This document shows positions 1 through 9,300 of a DNA stretch of 64,000 bases, one piece after another (within the stretch, counting starts at the first letter, position 1; every line of letters starts with the position of its first letter). The position numbers and the translations under genes were made by a program. The DNA is from Macrostomum hystrix (lineage: Eukaryota; Animalia; Platyhelminthes). Location: contig CATNEN010000007.1 of assembly GCA_950097015.1 (NCBI GenBank), forward strand, positions 12,524,001-12,588,000, read 5' to 3'. The notes under the pieces are model-generated. The model saw only the letters and a program-made list of their open reading frames with translations, did not search any database and had not been told where the DNA came from.

Positions 1-46
1 CGCTAATCCCTGAAAGACCCGCAATCGACCGATGGCGCGGGGCCAG

Positions 47-3000
47 TCAGGGAGGTCCGTGTTCGGTCCTTCCTGCAGCTTGTTCCTCGCTGGGGAAGAA
101 AGAGGCTCGTCTGGTAGCCCTTAGGAACCGGACGAGCCGCGGGATGTTCTCGGATCTGCAAACATCGTCCATTGATGGGTTTGGTCCGAGGTGATTGAGC
201 CTCTCTCTGGTGAAGAAAGGGCAGTGGCAGACGAAGTGCAGGGCATCCTCGTCCTCAAGGTTGCAGAAAGGGCACAGCTCACTCCGGAGGTCTCCACGGA
301 GGAAACAGTGTCTGGCGTAGCAGCCATGGCCCGTGAGGGTCATGGTGAGGGCCCGGATGTCCTTCCGGGTCTGGTTCAGAAGGACCTTCCGGAGCCGAGC
401 GGATGGCACTGGAACTGCCGCTTTGGATTGGCGGCAGTTAGTGGTGCTTCTCCACCGGGTAAGATGGAGGTTGGCGGTCCAATCATTAATCTGACGATAA
501 ATGACGGTGCTCGGAATCGGAGCCGGGGGGGAGGGGCCCGGCGCAGAGCTGGCTCCTCCCTGCTTGGCCAGGTGGTCAGCAAGCTCGTTACCAGGGAAAC
601 CGGCGTGCCCTGGTATCCACTGAAGTCTGACGGTATTCTTACCGGCCAGGTTATTGAGCTGCCGGACGCAGTCGGAGACTGTCCGGGAGGTTGTGGTGGT
701 GTGACAGAGGGCTTGCAGAGCAGCCTGACTGTCCGAGTGAAAGATGATAGTCCTGCCTGAGATGTTTTTCTCATTCAACTCCGCAGCGCAGGAGCTGATG
801 GCCAGGACCTCGTTCTGGAAAACGCTCGAGGATTTTCCAGTGTGTTGGGCGTGTGTGGCGACAACACGTCCGTTGATAAGGATACAGACCCCGAAGCCAG
901 CGGAGCCATCCTTCATGGATCCGTCCGTGTAGCAGTGGACCTCCTGGGTGTTCCAGTGGTCGCTAACTTGGTCCCTGGTGGGGATGAGAACCTTAAAGCG
1001 CTGAAGGAGGTTGAGCGAGCACGGTTCACCGTCCGTAAGGACATTGATTCCGTTGCTCGCACCCAAGTCTCTCAGGCAAAGGTCCGTGTGCGGCAGGAGC
1101 TTTCGCTTCGCTGCCGCTCGTTGGGGGACGAAGCGCACACCGGCATCAAGGAGACGCCGGGCGGTTTTTGCCGCCTCCCCGCGGATAAAGATATCGAGCG
1201 GGAGGATGTTCAAGAAGGCGTTGAGGCCATCGAAGGGGGCGGATGGCGGGGCGCTCATGATCGTCCGACATGCGCGACCTTGCACTCTCCGAAGAGTCTC
1301 ATGGCAGGTCTTAAGCTGAAGGGCGCTAGCCCAGATCAGTCCGGCGTACGAGACAGCCGGCCTGACCATAGCAGTGTAGATCCACCATAGGCGTTTGGGG
1401 GTGAGACCCCACGTGTTGCCCACCGCCCTGCGCAGCTGCGCCAGGATCGCAAAGGCCTTTTTGGCTTTGGCATGGACATGAGGAGTCCAGCTGAGCCTGT
1501 GATCGAGCGTTATGCCCAGGCATTTAGTTTGCTTCTGGAAGGTGATGTCCTTTCCATACAGCTGGAGGGGGCGAATATGCCATTTGTTTTTGCTGGTGAA
1601 CATGATCGCCGCTGTCTTAGACTCGGAGAGCTTCAGACCGCAGCGAGTTGCCCATCTTTCGGCGTTGTTGATAAAGTTTTGCAGAAGGTCTCGGAGGGCC
1701 TCTGGTACCGGGCCAGATGCCACTGCCGTAACATCATCCGCATAGCCGACCTTTAGGATGGGGTCTGGCTGAGAGTCTCGTAAGAGCTCGTCGATAACCA
1801 TGTTCCAGAGAACTGGTGAGAGGACGCCGCCTTGTGGGCAACCTTTGCAGACAGTGACCGTCCGCTGGTGTCCAAGAAGGTGTGCCGTAGCAGTGCGGTG
1901 GCGGACCATGTACATGATCCACCTCCTAAGATGCGAATGCGTGTGCCGCATACGTAGGGCCCTGTCAAACGCCTCGAAGAGAACGTTGTCGAAGGCCCCG
2001 TCAATATCCAGGAAGATGCTCAGGGCAAAGCCGTTCCCGAGGACGGCCTTTTCCAGAGCGTCCACCAGAGCGTGGAGAGCGCTTTCGGTGGAACGTCCCG
2101 ACCGAAAGGCGTGTTGATTGCCGCTTAGTGGCATATTTTTCAGCTCCACAGAGAGGAGGCGCCAGAGCACCAATCTCTCCATCAGTTTGACCATGGTGGA
2201 GGTAAGGCTAATTGGCCGAAACGATTTAATGGAATGGTAGTCCGGGCGGCCTGGCTTGGGGATAAAAACCACCCTCGCCTCGGTCCATGCCTTCGGAACA
2301 TACCCAAGCACAATGCAAGCCTTAAGGAGCTTGCAAAGATTTGTGAGGAAGCCATGGCATTTTACCGCCTCGCGGATGAAGGCTGGTATAATGCCGTCCG
2401 GCCCCGGGGATTTGAAGGGTTTGAAAGACTGGGCTGCCTTGGTAACCCGGTCTTCAGTAATGATGGACGTCGCAAGGATATGACCTCCCTCGGTGTGATC
2501 CGGGGGGTCTGTCCCTGCTGGCACGCTGGGGAAAAAGGCTGTGAGCATAGTGTCGAGCGTTTCCCCAGGGTTCTCGGTGGGTCGGCCATCGGCCTTCCTC
2601 ACCGTCGAAAGCTTGGACATTTTGTCCAGCGTGAGGGCTTTGACAATTCTGGAGGTGGGGCGAGTGCCCTCAAGCTCCTCACAGTATTGCCGCCACTTGC
2701 TGTTTTTGGCGTTTCTGACTTCCTTCTTGAAGCTATGGATGGCTTCGAGATACGCAGCCTGATCAGCCGGGTTTTTTGTCTTCGTGGCCCTGCGGTGCAG
2801 CCGCTTCGCCGTTCGACGGAGCTCGCCGAGCTGCGGATTCCACCAAGGGGCCGAAGTTTTGCCTCTGTAAGCTTTGAGGGGGCAGGAGGCCTCGAAGGCG
2901 GTGGTCAGCGAGTTGGTGAGAAACTCAGCTAGCTCATCCGCTTCATCGCAGGTGTTGGCGGGGGGGCTTAGGTTTCGTTGGGTTCCTTCGAGGTTATGCC

Positions 3001-3748
3001 TGAAGGCTTCCCAATCGGTATTCCTAGCGTTCCTTTTCCAAGTGATCTGGTTAGTGCAGCGTGCACCCGCCAGTTGGAAAGAGATGTATTTGTGATCAGA
3101 GAGGGAGGTCTCCGGCAGAACCTGCCACTCCCTAAGGCTCTGGTAAAGCCCAGGTGTGGCTAGAGTGGCGTCGATGACCTCAGACCACCGGCCATTGTCA
3201 AAGGTCGGGGTGCTCCCTGTGTTGCAGAACTCCAGGGACGTGGTTAAGATGTAGGCAAGGAGGTCCTCGCCTCTCGAGTTAATGTCAGAGCTCCCCCAGT
3301 GGGTGTGGTGGGCGTTAATATCGCCAGCCACTATGAGCTCATAGTTTTTGGCAGCGCAGGTTTCAGTCAGAGAGATCAGCTCCTCAGGGACTGCCGGCCT
3401 GTCGCCCGGTAAGTAAACCGAGGCGATTAAGACGGTTTTTCCTGGGAGGATGTTCTCCGTCTGGATGACACAGGTGTCCCGATCAGAAAGGTCGGGTCTG
3501 TGCCAGGCGTTGAGGGAGTCTCTCACGAGGATGCACGCCCTGGGAGTTTGGTTCTCCCAGTGACGGCTGTTGTAGAGGCAGTGATACCCATTGGGTACAT
3601 TTTGAGGCTTACCTTTATGAGTCCACGGCTCCTGGACGAGGATGAGACCCGGCATGTTGAGCTCGACATAGCGCATCAGATTGACGGATGCAGCTATGCA
3701 GTGTTGCAGGTTAACCTGCAGGCAGGTGATCCCAGTGTGGCCGATCAT
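47..3748 (-). CDS. Retrotransposon ORF2: AP-endonuclease, reverse transcriptase, RNase H, C-terminal CCHC-like finger (1233 aa)
   Basis: APE motifs QVNLQH, LVQEPW, GDINAHH..WGS, IDATL, SDH; RT motifs FRPISL, FLDIDGAFD, GCPQGGVLSP, YADD; RNase H motifs YTDGS, SDSQ, WIPGH..GNELAD; CPFC-x7-H-x4-C near the C-terminus. No stops or frameshifts. Confidence 0.96.
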   Translation of the reverse strand: MIGHTGITCLQVNLQHCIAASVNLMRYVELNMPGLILVQEPWTHKGKPQNVPNGYHCLYNSRHWENQTPRACILVRDSLNAWHRPDLSDRDTCVIQTENILPGKTVLIASVYLPGDRPAVPEELISLTETCAAKNYELIVAGDINAHHTHWGSSDINSRGEDLLAYILTTSLEFCNTGSTPTFDNGRWSEVIDATLATPGLYQSLREWQVLPETSLSDHKYISFQLAGARCTNQITWKRNARNTDWEAFRHNLEGTQRNLSPPANTCDEADELAEFLTNSLTTAFEASCPLKAYRGKTSAPWWNPQLGELRRTAKRLHRRATKTKNPADQAAYLEAIHSFKKEVRNAKNSKWRQYCEELEGTRPTSRIVKALTLDKMSKLSTVRKADGRPTENPGETLDTMLTAFFPSVPAGTDPPDHTEGGHILATSIITEDRVTKAAQSFKPFKSPGPDGIIPAFIREAVKCHGFLTNLCKLLKACIVLGYVPKAWTEARVVFIPKPGRPDYHSIKSFRPISLTSTMVKLMERLVLWRLLSVELKNMPLSGNQHAFRSGRSTESALHALVDALEKAVLGNGFALSIFLDIDGAFDNVLFEAFDRALRMRHTHSHLRRWIMYMVRHRTATAHLLGHQRTVTVCKGCPQGGVLSPVLWNMVIDELLRDSQPDPILKVGYADDVTAVASGPVPEALRDLLQNFINNAERWATRCGLKLSESKTAAIMFTSKNKWHIRPLQLYGKDITFQKQTKCLGITLDHRLSWTPHVHAKAKKAFAILAQLRRAVGNTWGLTPKRLWWIYTAMVRPAVSYAGLIWASALQLKTCHETLRRVQGRACRTIMSAPPSAPFDGLNAFLNILPLDIFIRGEAAKTARRLLDAGVRFVPQRAAAKRKLLPHTDLCLRDLGASNGINVLTDGEPCSLNLLQRFKVLIPTRDQVSDHWNTQEVHCYTDGSMKDGSAGFGVCILINGRVVATHAQHTGKSSSVFQNEVLAISSCAAELNEKNISGRTIIFHSDSQAALQALCHTTTTSRTVSDCVRQLNNLAGKNTVRLQWIPGHAGFPGNELADHLAKQGGASSAPGPSPPAPIPSTVIYRQINDWTANLHLTRWRSTTNCRQSKAAVPVPSARLRKVLLNQTRKDIRALTMTLTGHGCYARHCFLRGDLRSELCPFCNLEDEDALHFVCHCPFFTRERLNHLGPNPSMDDVCRSENIPRLVRFLRATRRASFFPSEEQAAGRTEHGPP

Positions 3749-5331
3749 GGTCCAGCGGGAGTCTCCTTGAGCAGCTCGTCCTCCTCAGACGGGGTCGGGC
3801 TGCAGACCTCCATGAGTAGCGGCGCGCCCGCAACCGCTGTGGAGGGAACGGCGGGAATCGCTGCGGAGAGCTGCTGCTCTGACCGCTGCGTGTCCCGGCC
3901 GCTCCACCCAACAACGGTGCAGTCGCTGCCGTCACTCGACGCCTCGCCCTCGGGGGTCGGGTCCGTGTGGATGGCAGCCTCCTTCCGGTGAGGGGGATCC
4001 TCAGACCAGTCGGTGGCCACCGCTCCGTGGGTCCCGGCACTTTGCGGCTGGCTGGGAGGAAGGGAGGTTTGCGCTTTTGTAGCGCGGGAGCGCTCCAGGT
4101 GCTCTCTGAGCGCTCGGGCTTCGCTGAGCGCCCGCAAGACCAGGCCCGATTTGCGGTTGTTGCGGGCTGGTCTACGATCTCGGGGGCCGGATTCGGCGAT
4201 GCGGATATTTTTGCCCGGGCGGGGGTCCGCGGACGTTGCATGCCGCTTAGCTGGCGGAGCTTTCGCCCCAGAGCCAGGAGCGGCCCGCTTATTTTCCGAT
4301 CCCTCCCCGGCCTTCCTCTCCTGACAATCCAGGATGGTCAGCGGGTAGAGTCCCGGTTTGATTACGCTCTTGTGAGGGATCCTTTTGGACCAGGCTTCGG
4401 AGAAGCCGTAGATCGCCGTGAAACCCTCCGCTTCTTTGCGGACGGTTTCGTGGCAGATCAGCCCGGAGGCTGGGAGGTCCGGGTTCATCTTCAGCAGCAG
4501 CTGCCGAAGTTGGTCCCCGGACCGGATTGAGCAGGCGTCGGGGACCCAGACACGATGACGTCGGGTCCGTGGACGCTCGGACTCGGTGGTGCACCTCAGT
4601 CTTCCGACATCGGTGCTCCACTTGAAGTCTTTGATCCGATCGCGCAGCAGGCGGCTATCCCCCGCCGATTTGCACCAGAGGAGGACAGCCCCCTCCTGCG
4701 CTTCGGACCTGACAACGCTGACTGGTGTCCCTGCCAGTGCCAGGTCCGTGAGGCCCTCGTCGATGGTCCTGAGCATGCTTTTGAGCTGCTCGTTTGAGAG
4801 GTCCTGTTCCTCGCCGACCACAATGATCGCCGGCTGGACAGGCTCCCGCTTGGCTTTGGAGGCATAGGTCTCCTTGGCCTTGCTGGCGTTGGACGTGCCG
4901 GCCTTGTGGGTGGTGGTGGCCGTGATGGCGGTGGGGGCGGCGGCTCCAGATGGCCCTGCTGCGCCTTCCACGCTCTTTCCGTCGGCGTCGGTGCCGGCCT
5001 TGGAGATGGTGCTGGCCGGAGCGGCGGTGGGGGGGGCGGCGGATCCAGGTGGCCCTGCCGCATCTTTCGCACCCGCCTCGTGTGCAGGTGTCGGGCGCCC
5101 ACCAGTCGCGGCCGCCGCAGCATTACGGCGGCGTTCGTTGCGCTTCTGGTTGCGCCTTACACGCGCTTCCTCCGAGCGCTTGCGGCTCGGGTTGCGTTTA
5201 TCCTGGTCGACGATTTCAGTGGCGGGATTCTCAGTCCCACCAGCTGCACCGAGGACGTGGGACCTGCCAGTGGCAGCGTCCGGAGCGGCCGAGTTTAGCT
5301 CGGTTTCGAAAGAAGAGATGGGCGAGGCCAT
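3745..5331 (-). CDS. Retrotransposon ORF1 (gag-like, ~528 aa from the GCCATGG start)
   Basis: Open frame whose TGA overlaps the ORF2 ATG. Strong Kozak ATG at 5331, Arg-rich patch (RKRSEEARVRRNQKRNERRR), Ala/Pro low-complexity region and a globular middle. The extension to 5937 in the ORF track only runs through UTR repeats. Confidence 0.8.
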   Translation of the reverse strand: MASPISSFETELNSAAPDAATGRSHVLGAAGGTENPATEIVDQDKRNPSRKRSEEARVRRNQKRNERRRNAAAAATGGRPTPAHEAGAKDAAGPPGSAAPPTAAPASTISKAGTDADGKSVEGAAGPSGAAAPTAITATTTHKAGTSNASKAKETYASKAKREPVQPAIIVVGEEQDLSNEQLKSMLRTIDEGLTDLALAGTPVSVVRSEAQEGAVLLWCKSAGDSRLLRDRIKDFKWSTDVGRLRCTTESERPRTRRHRVWVPDACSIRSGDQLRQLLLKMNPDLPASGLICHETVRKEAEGFTAIYGFSEAWSKRIPHKSVIKPGLYPLTILDCQERKAGEGSENKRAAPGSGAKAPPAKRHATSADPRPGKNIRIAESGPRDRRPARNNRKSGLVLRALSEARALREHLERSRATKAQTSLPPSQPQSAGTHGAVATDWSEDPPHRKEAAIHTDPTPEGEASSDGSDCTVVGWSGRDTQRSEQQLSAAIPAVPSTAVAGAPLLMEVCSPTPSEEDELLKETPAGP

Positions 5332-5535
5332 GGCTGAAAAGCAGGTGGGGGGCTGCTCGTTACACGAGTGAGAAAAGCCCGACTGGCCGACACCCCAAGC
5401 CAGCCGGGAGCAGCAAAAAGGCACCGTTAGCGGCTGGAATACTCCCCAACCAAAGCGCGGACTGAAGTCCGGCAAAGCCCAGCAGCACGGATGCACTGGG
5501 GACATTAGAGGGTACCAAAAGGCCGGTACCGAGGC

Positions 5536-6089
5536 CTGCGGACTGGCCGCATACCCTGTTAGGGTCAAAGGGTAGTACCATTTCCTCAGAGCCGTAGCCA
5601 GAGGTACCTGATCACGCACAGGTGCACGAAGCTGCGGACTGGCCGCATACCCTGTTAAGGTCAAAGGGTAACACCATTTCCTCAGAGCCGTAGCCAGAGG
5701 TACCTGATCACGCACAGGTGCACGAAGCTGCGGACTGGCCGCATACCCTGTTAAGGTCAAAGGGTGACACCTTTCCCTCAGAGCCGTAGCCAGAGGTACC
5801 TGATCACGCACAGGTGCACGAAGCTGCGGACTGGCCGCATACCCTGTTAAGGTCAAAGGGTGACACCTTTCCCTCAGAGCCGTAGCCAGAGGTACCTGAT
5901 CACGCACAGGTGCACGAAAACTGCGGACTGGCCGCATACCCTGTTAAGGTCAATGGGTGACACCTTTCCCTCAGAGCCGTAGCCAGAGGTACCTGATCAC
6001 GCACAGGTGCACGAACGCTGCGGACTGGCCGCATACCCTGTTAAGGTCAAAGGGTGGCACCTTTCCCTCCAGCCGGGGCTAGAGGTACC
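5536..6089 (-). repeat. Tandem 96-97-bp monomers (~5.7 copies) in the retrotransposon 5' UTR
   Basis: CTGCGGACTGGCCGCATACCCTG recurs at 5536, 5632, 5728, 5824, 5921 and 6018. Confidence 0.95.
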
Positions 6090-6357
6090 CAGTTTGGCCA
6101 GAGGCCCTGGATGGGTCATCCAACGCTGTTGCCCATTCTGTCCGGCTGCCCTAGGGGCAGCCTTGAACACTCGCGGGGCGTGTACCCATGGGTCAGCTGA
6201 CGGGGCAGCGTGGAGGGATTCCTGCACCCGAAGGCACAGGTCTCCTTCCTGCCAAGCCTGCTCAAAAAGCGACTGCAGGTGTGAGGCATCGCAGACCTTA
6301 GCCCGTGGGCCTGGTCTGACTCATACCTCACAGGCACTGTGTCCCGCCGGTGCGAGC

Positions 6358-9300
6358 TATCCAACTCAAAGCATCCATCCATTGTTATCCAACTCACAGC
6401 ATCCATCCATTGTTATCCAACTCACAGCATCCATCCATTGTTATCCAACTCACAGCATCCATCCATTGTTATCCAACTCACAGCATCCATCCATTGTTAG
6501 CCAACTCACAGCATCCATCCATTGTTATCCAACTCACAGCATCCATCCATTGTTAGCCAACTCACAGCATCCATCCATTGTTAGCCACTCACAGCATCCA
6601 TTGTTATCCAACTCACAGCATCCATTGTTATCCAACTCACAGCATCCATTCATTGTTATCCAACTCACAGCATCCATCCATTGTTAGCCACTCACAGCAT
6701 CCATCCATTGTTATCCAACTCAAAGCATCCATTCATTGCTAGCCACTCACAGCATCCATTCATTGTTATCCAACTCAAAGCATCCATCCATTGTTAGCCA
6801 ACTCACAGCATCCATCCATTGTTATCCAACTCACAGCATCCATCCATTGTTATCCAACTCAAAGCATCCATCCATTGTTATCCAACTCAAAGCATCCATC
6901 CATTGTTATCCAACTCACAGCATCCATCCATTGTTAGCCAACTCACAGCATCCATCCATTGTTATCCAACTCACAGCATCCATTCATTGTTATCCAACTC
7001 AAAGCATCCATCCATTGTTAGCCAACTCACAGCATCCATCCATTGTTAGCCAACTCACAGCATCCATCCATTGTTATCCAACTCAAAGCATCCATCCATT
7101 GTTATCCAACTCACAGCATCCATCCATTGTTATCCAACTCACAGCATCCATCCATTGTTATCCAACTCACAGCATCCATTCATTGTTATCCAACTCACAG
7201 CATCCATTCATTGTTATCCAACTCACAGCATCCATCCATTGTTAGCCACTCACAGCATCCATCCATTGTTATCCAACTCAAAGCATCCATTCATTGCTAG
7301 CCACTCACAGCATCCATTCATTGTTATCCAACTCAAAGCATCCATCCATTGTTAGCCACTCACAGCATCCATTGTTATCCAACTCACAGCATCCATTGTT
7401 ATCCAACTCACAGCATCCATTCATTGTTATCCAACTCACAGCATCCATCCATTGTTAGCCACTCACAGCATCCATTCATTGTTATCCAACTCAAAGCATC
7501 CATCCATTGTTAGCCAACTCACAGCATCCATCCATTGTTAGCCAACTCACAGCATCCATCCATTGTTAGCCAACTCACAGCATCCATCCATTGTTAGTCA
7601 ACTCACAGCATCCATCCATTGTTAGCCACTCACAGCATCCATCCATTGTTATCCAACTCACAGCATCCATCCATTGCTATCCAACTCACAGCATCCATCC
7701 ATTGTTATCCAACTCACAGCATCCATCCATTGTTATCCAACTCACAGCATCCATCCATTGTTAGCCAACTCACAGCATCCATCCATTGTTATCCAACTCA
7801 CAGCATCCATCCATTGTTAGCCAACTCACAGCATCCATCCATTGTTAGCCACTCACAGCATCCATTGTTATCCAACTCACAGCATCCATTGTTATCCAAC
7901 TCACAGCATCCATTCATTGTTATCCAACTCACAGCATCCATCCATTGTTAGCCACTCACAGCATCCATCCATTGTTATCCAACTCAAAGCATCCATTCAT
8001 TGCTAGCCACTCACAGCATCCATTCATTGTTATCCAACTCAAAGCATCCATCCATTGTTAGCCAACTCACAGCATCCATCCATTGTTATCCAACTCACAG
8101 CATCCATCCATTGTTATCCAACTCAAAGCATCCATCCATTGTTATCCAACTCAAAGCATCCATCCATTGTTATCCAACTCACAGCATCCATCCATTGTTA
8201 GCCAACTCACAGCATCCATCCATTGTTATCCAACTCACAGCATCCATTCATTGTTATCCAACTCAAAGCATCCATCCATTGTTAGCCAACTCACAGCATC
8301 CATCCATTGTTAGCCAACTCACAGCATCCATCCATTGTTATCCAACTCAAAGCATCCATCCATTGTTATCCAACTCACAGCATCCATCCATTGTTAGCCA
8401 ACTCACAGCATCCATCCATTGTTAGCCACTCACAGCATCCATTGTTATCCAACTCACAGCATCCATTGTTATCCAACTCACAGCATCCATTCATTGTTAT
8501 CCAACTCACAGCATCCATCCATTGTTAGCCACTCACAGCATCCATCCATTGTTATCCAACTCAAAGCATCCATTCATTGCTAGCCACTCACAGCATCCAT
8601 TCATTGTTATCCAACTCAAAGCATCCATCCATTGTTAGCCAACTCACAGCATCCATCCATTGTTATCCAACTCACAGCATCCATTCATTGTTATCCAACT
8701 CAAAGCATCCATCCATTGTTATCCAACTCAAAGCATCCATCCATTGTTATCCAACTCACAGCATCCATCCATTGTTAGCCAACTCACAGCATCTATCCAT
8801 TGTTAGCCAACTCACAGCATCCATCCATTGTTAGCCAACTCACAGCATCCATCCATTGTTATCCAACTCACAGCATCCATCCATTGTTAGCCAACTCACA
8901 GCATCCATCCATTGTTAGCCACTCACAGCATCCATTGTTATCTAACTCACAGCATCCATTCATTGTTATCCAACTCACAGCATCCATTCATTGTTATCCA
9001 ACTCACAGCATCCATCCATTGTTAGCCACTCACAGCATCCATCCATTGTTATCCAACTCAAAGCATCCATTCATTGCTAGCCACTCACAGCATCCATTCA
9101 TTGTTATCCAACTCAAAGCATCCATCCATTGTTAGCCACTCACAGCATCCATTGTTATCCAACTCACAGCATCCATTCATTGTTATCCAACTCACAGCAT
9201 CCATCCATTGTTAGCCACTCACAGCATCCATTCATTGTTATCCAACTCAAAGCATCCATCCATTGTTAGCCAACTCACAGCATCCATCCATTGTTAGCCA

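Larger units (their letters stand above)
1..6357 (-). mobile_element. Non-LTR retrotransposon, LOA/Lian-like (R1/I group); apparently 5'-complete, 3' end beyond window start
   Basis: Two long uninterrupted minus-strand ORFs (ORF1, then APE-RT-RNaseH-CCHC ORF2) and a ~1-kb GC-rich leader ending abruptly at the satellite (..TGCGAGC|TATCCAACTC..). Clade assignment is from domain order and motifs, not a tree. Confidence 0.92.

Noticed and set aside
121-5581. Many short overlapping or antisense ORFs within the retrotransposon
   Set aside because: Shadow ORFs of GC-rich coding sequence, with no motifs.
5332-5937. 202-aa N-terminal extension of ORF1
   Set aside because: It starts inside the UTR monomers, is open only because 96 is a multiple of 3, and 97-bp units break the frame upstream. 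The Kozak ATG at 5331 is more plausible.
5536-6089. Tandem hammerhead, twister or pistol ribozymes (CUGAUCA..GAA on +; GUGAUCA..GAAA, UAA..GAGGG and GCG..CAGGU on -)
   Set aside because: Core fragments are present but the required pairings fail by eye: no C3-G8 pair on +, no stem II closing pair on -, and twister P1/P2 and pistol P3 do not form. Retained only as unexplained structure.
6120-6230. HDV-like ribozyme using UCCACGC or CCCGCGA as L3
   Set aside because: Consistent P1, P2 and P3 helices could not be built around either loop.
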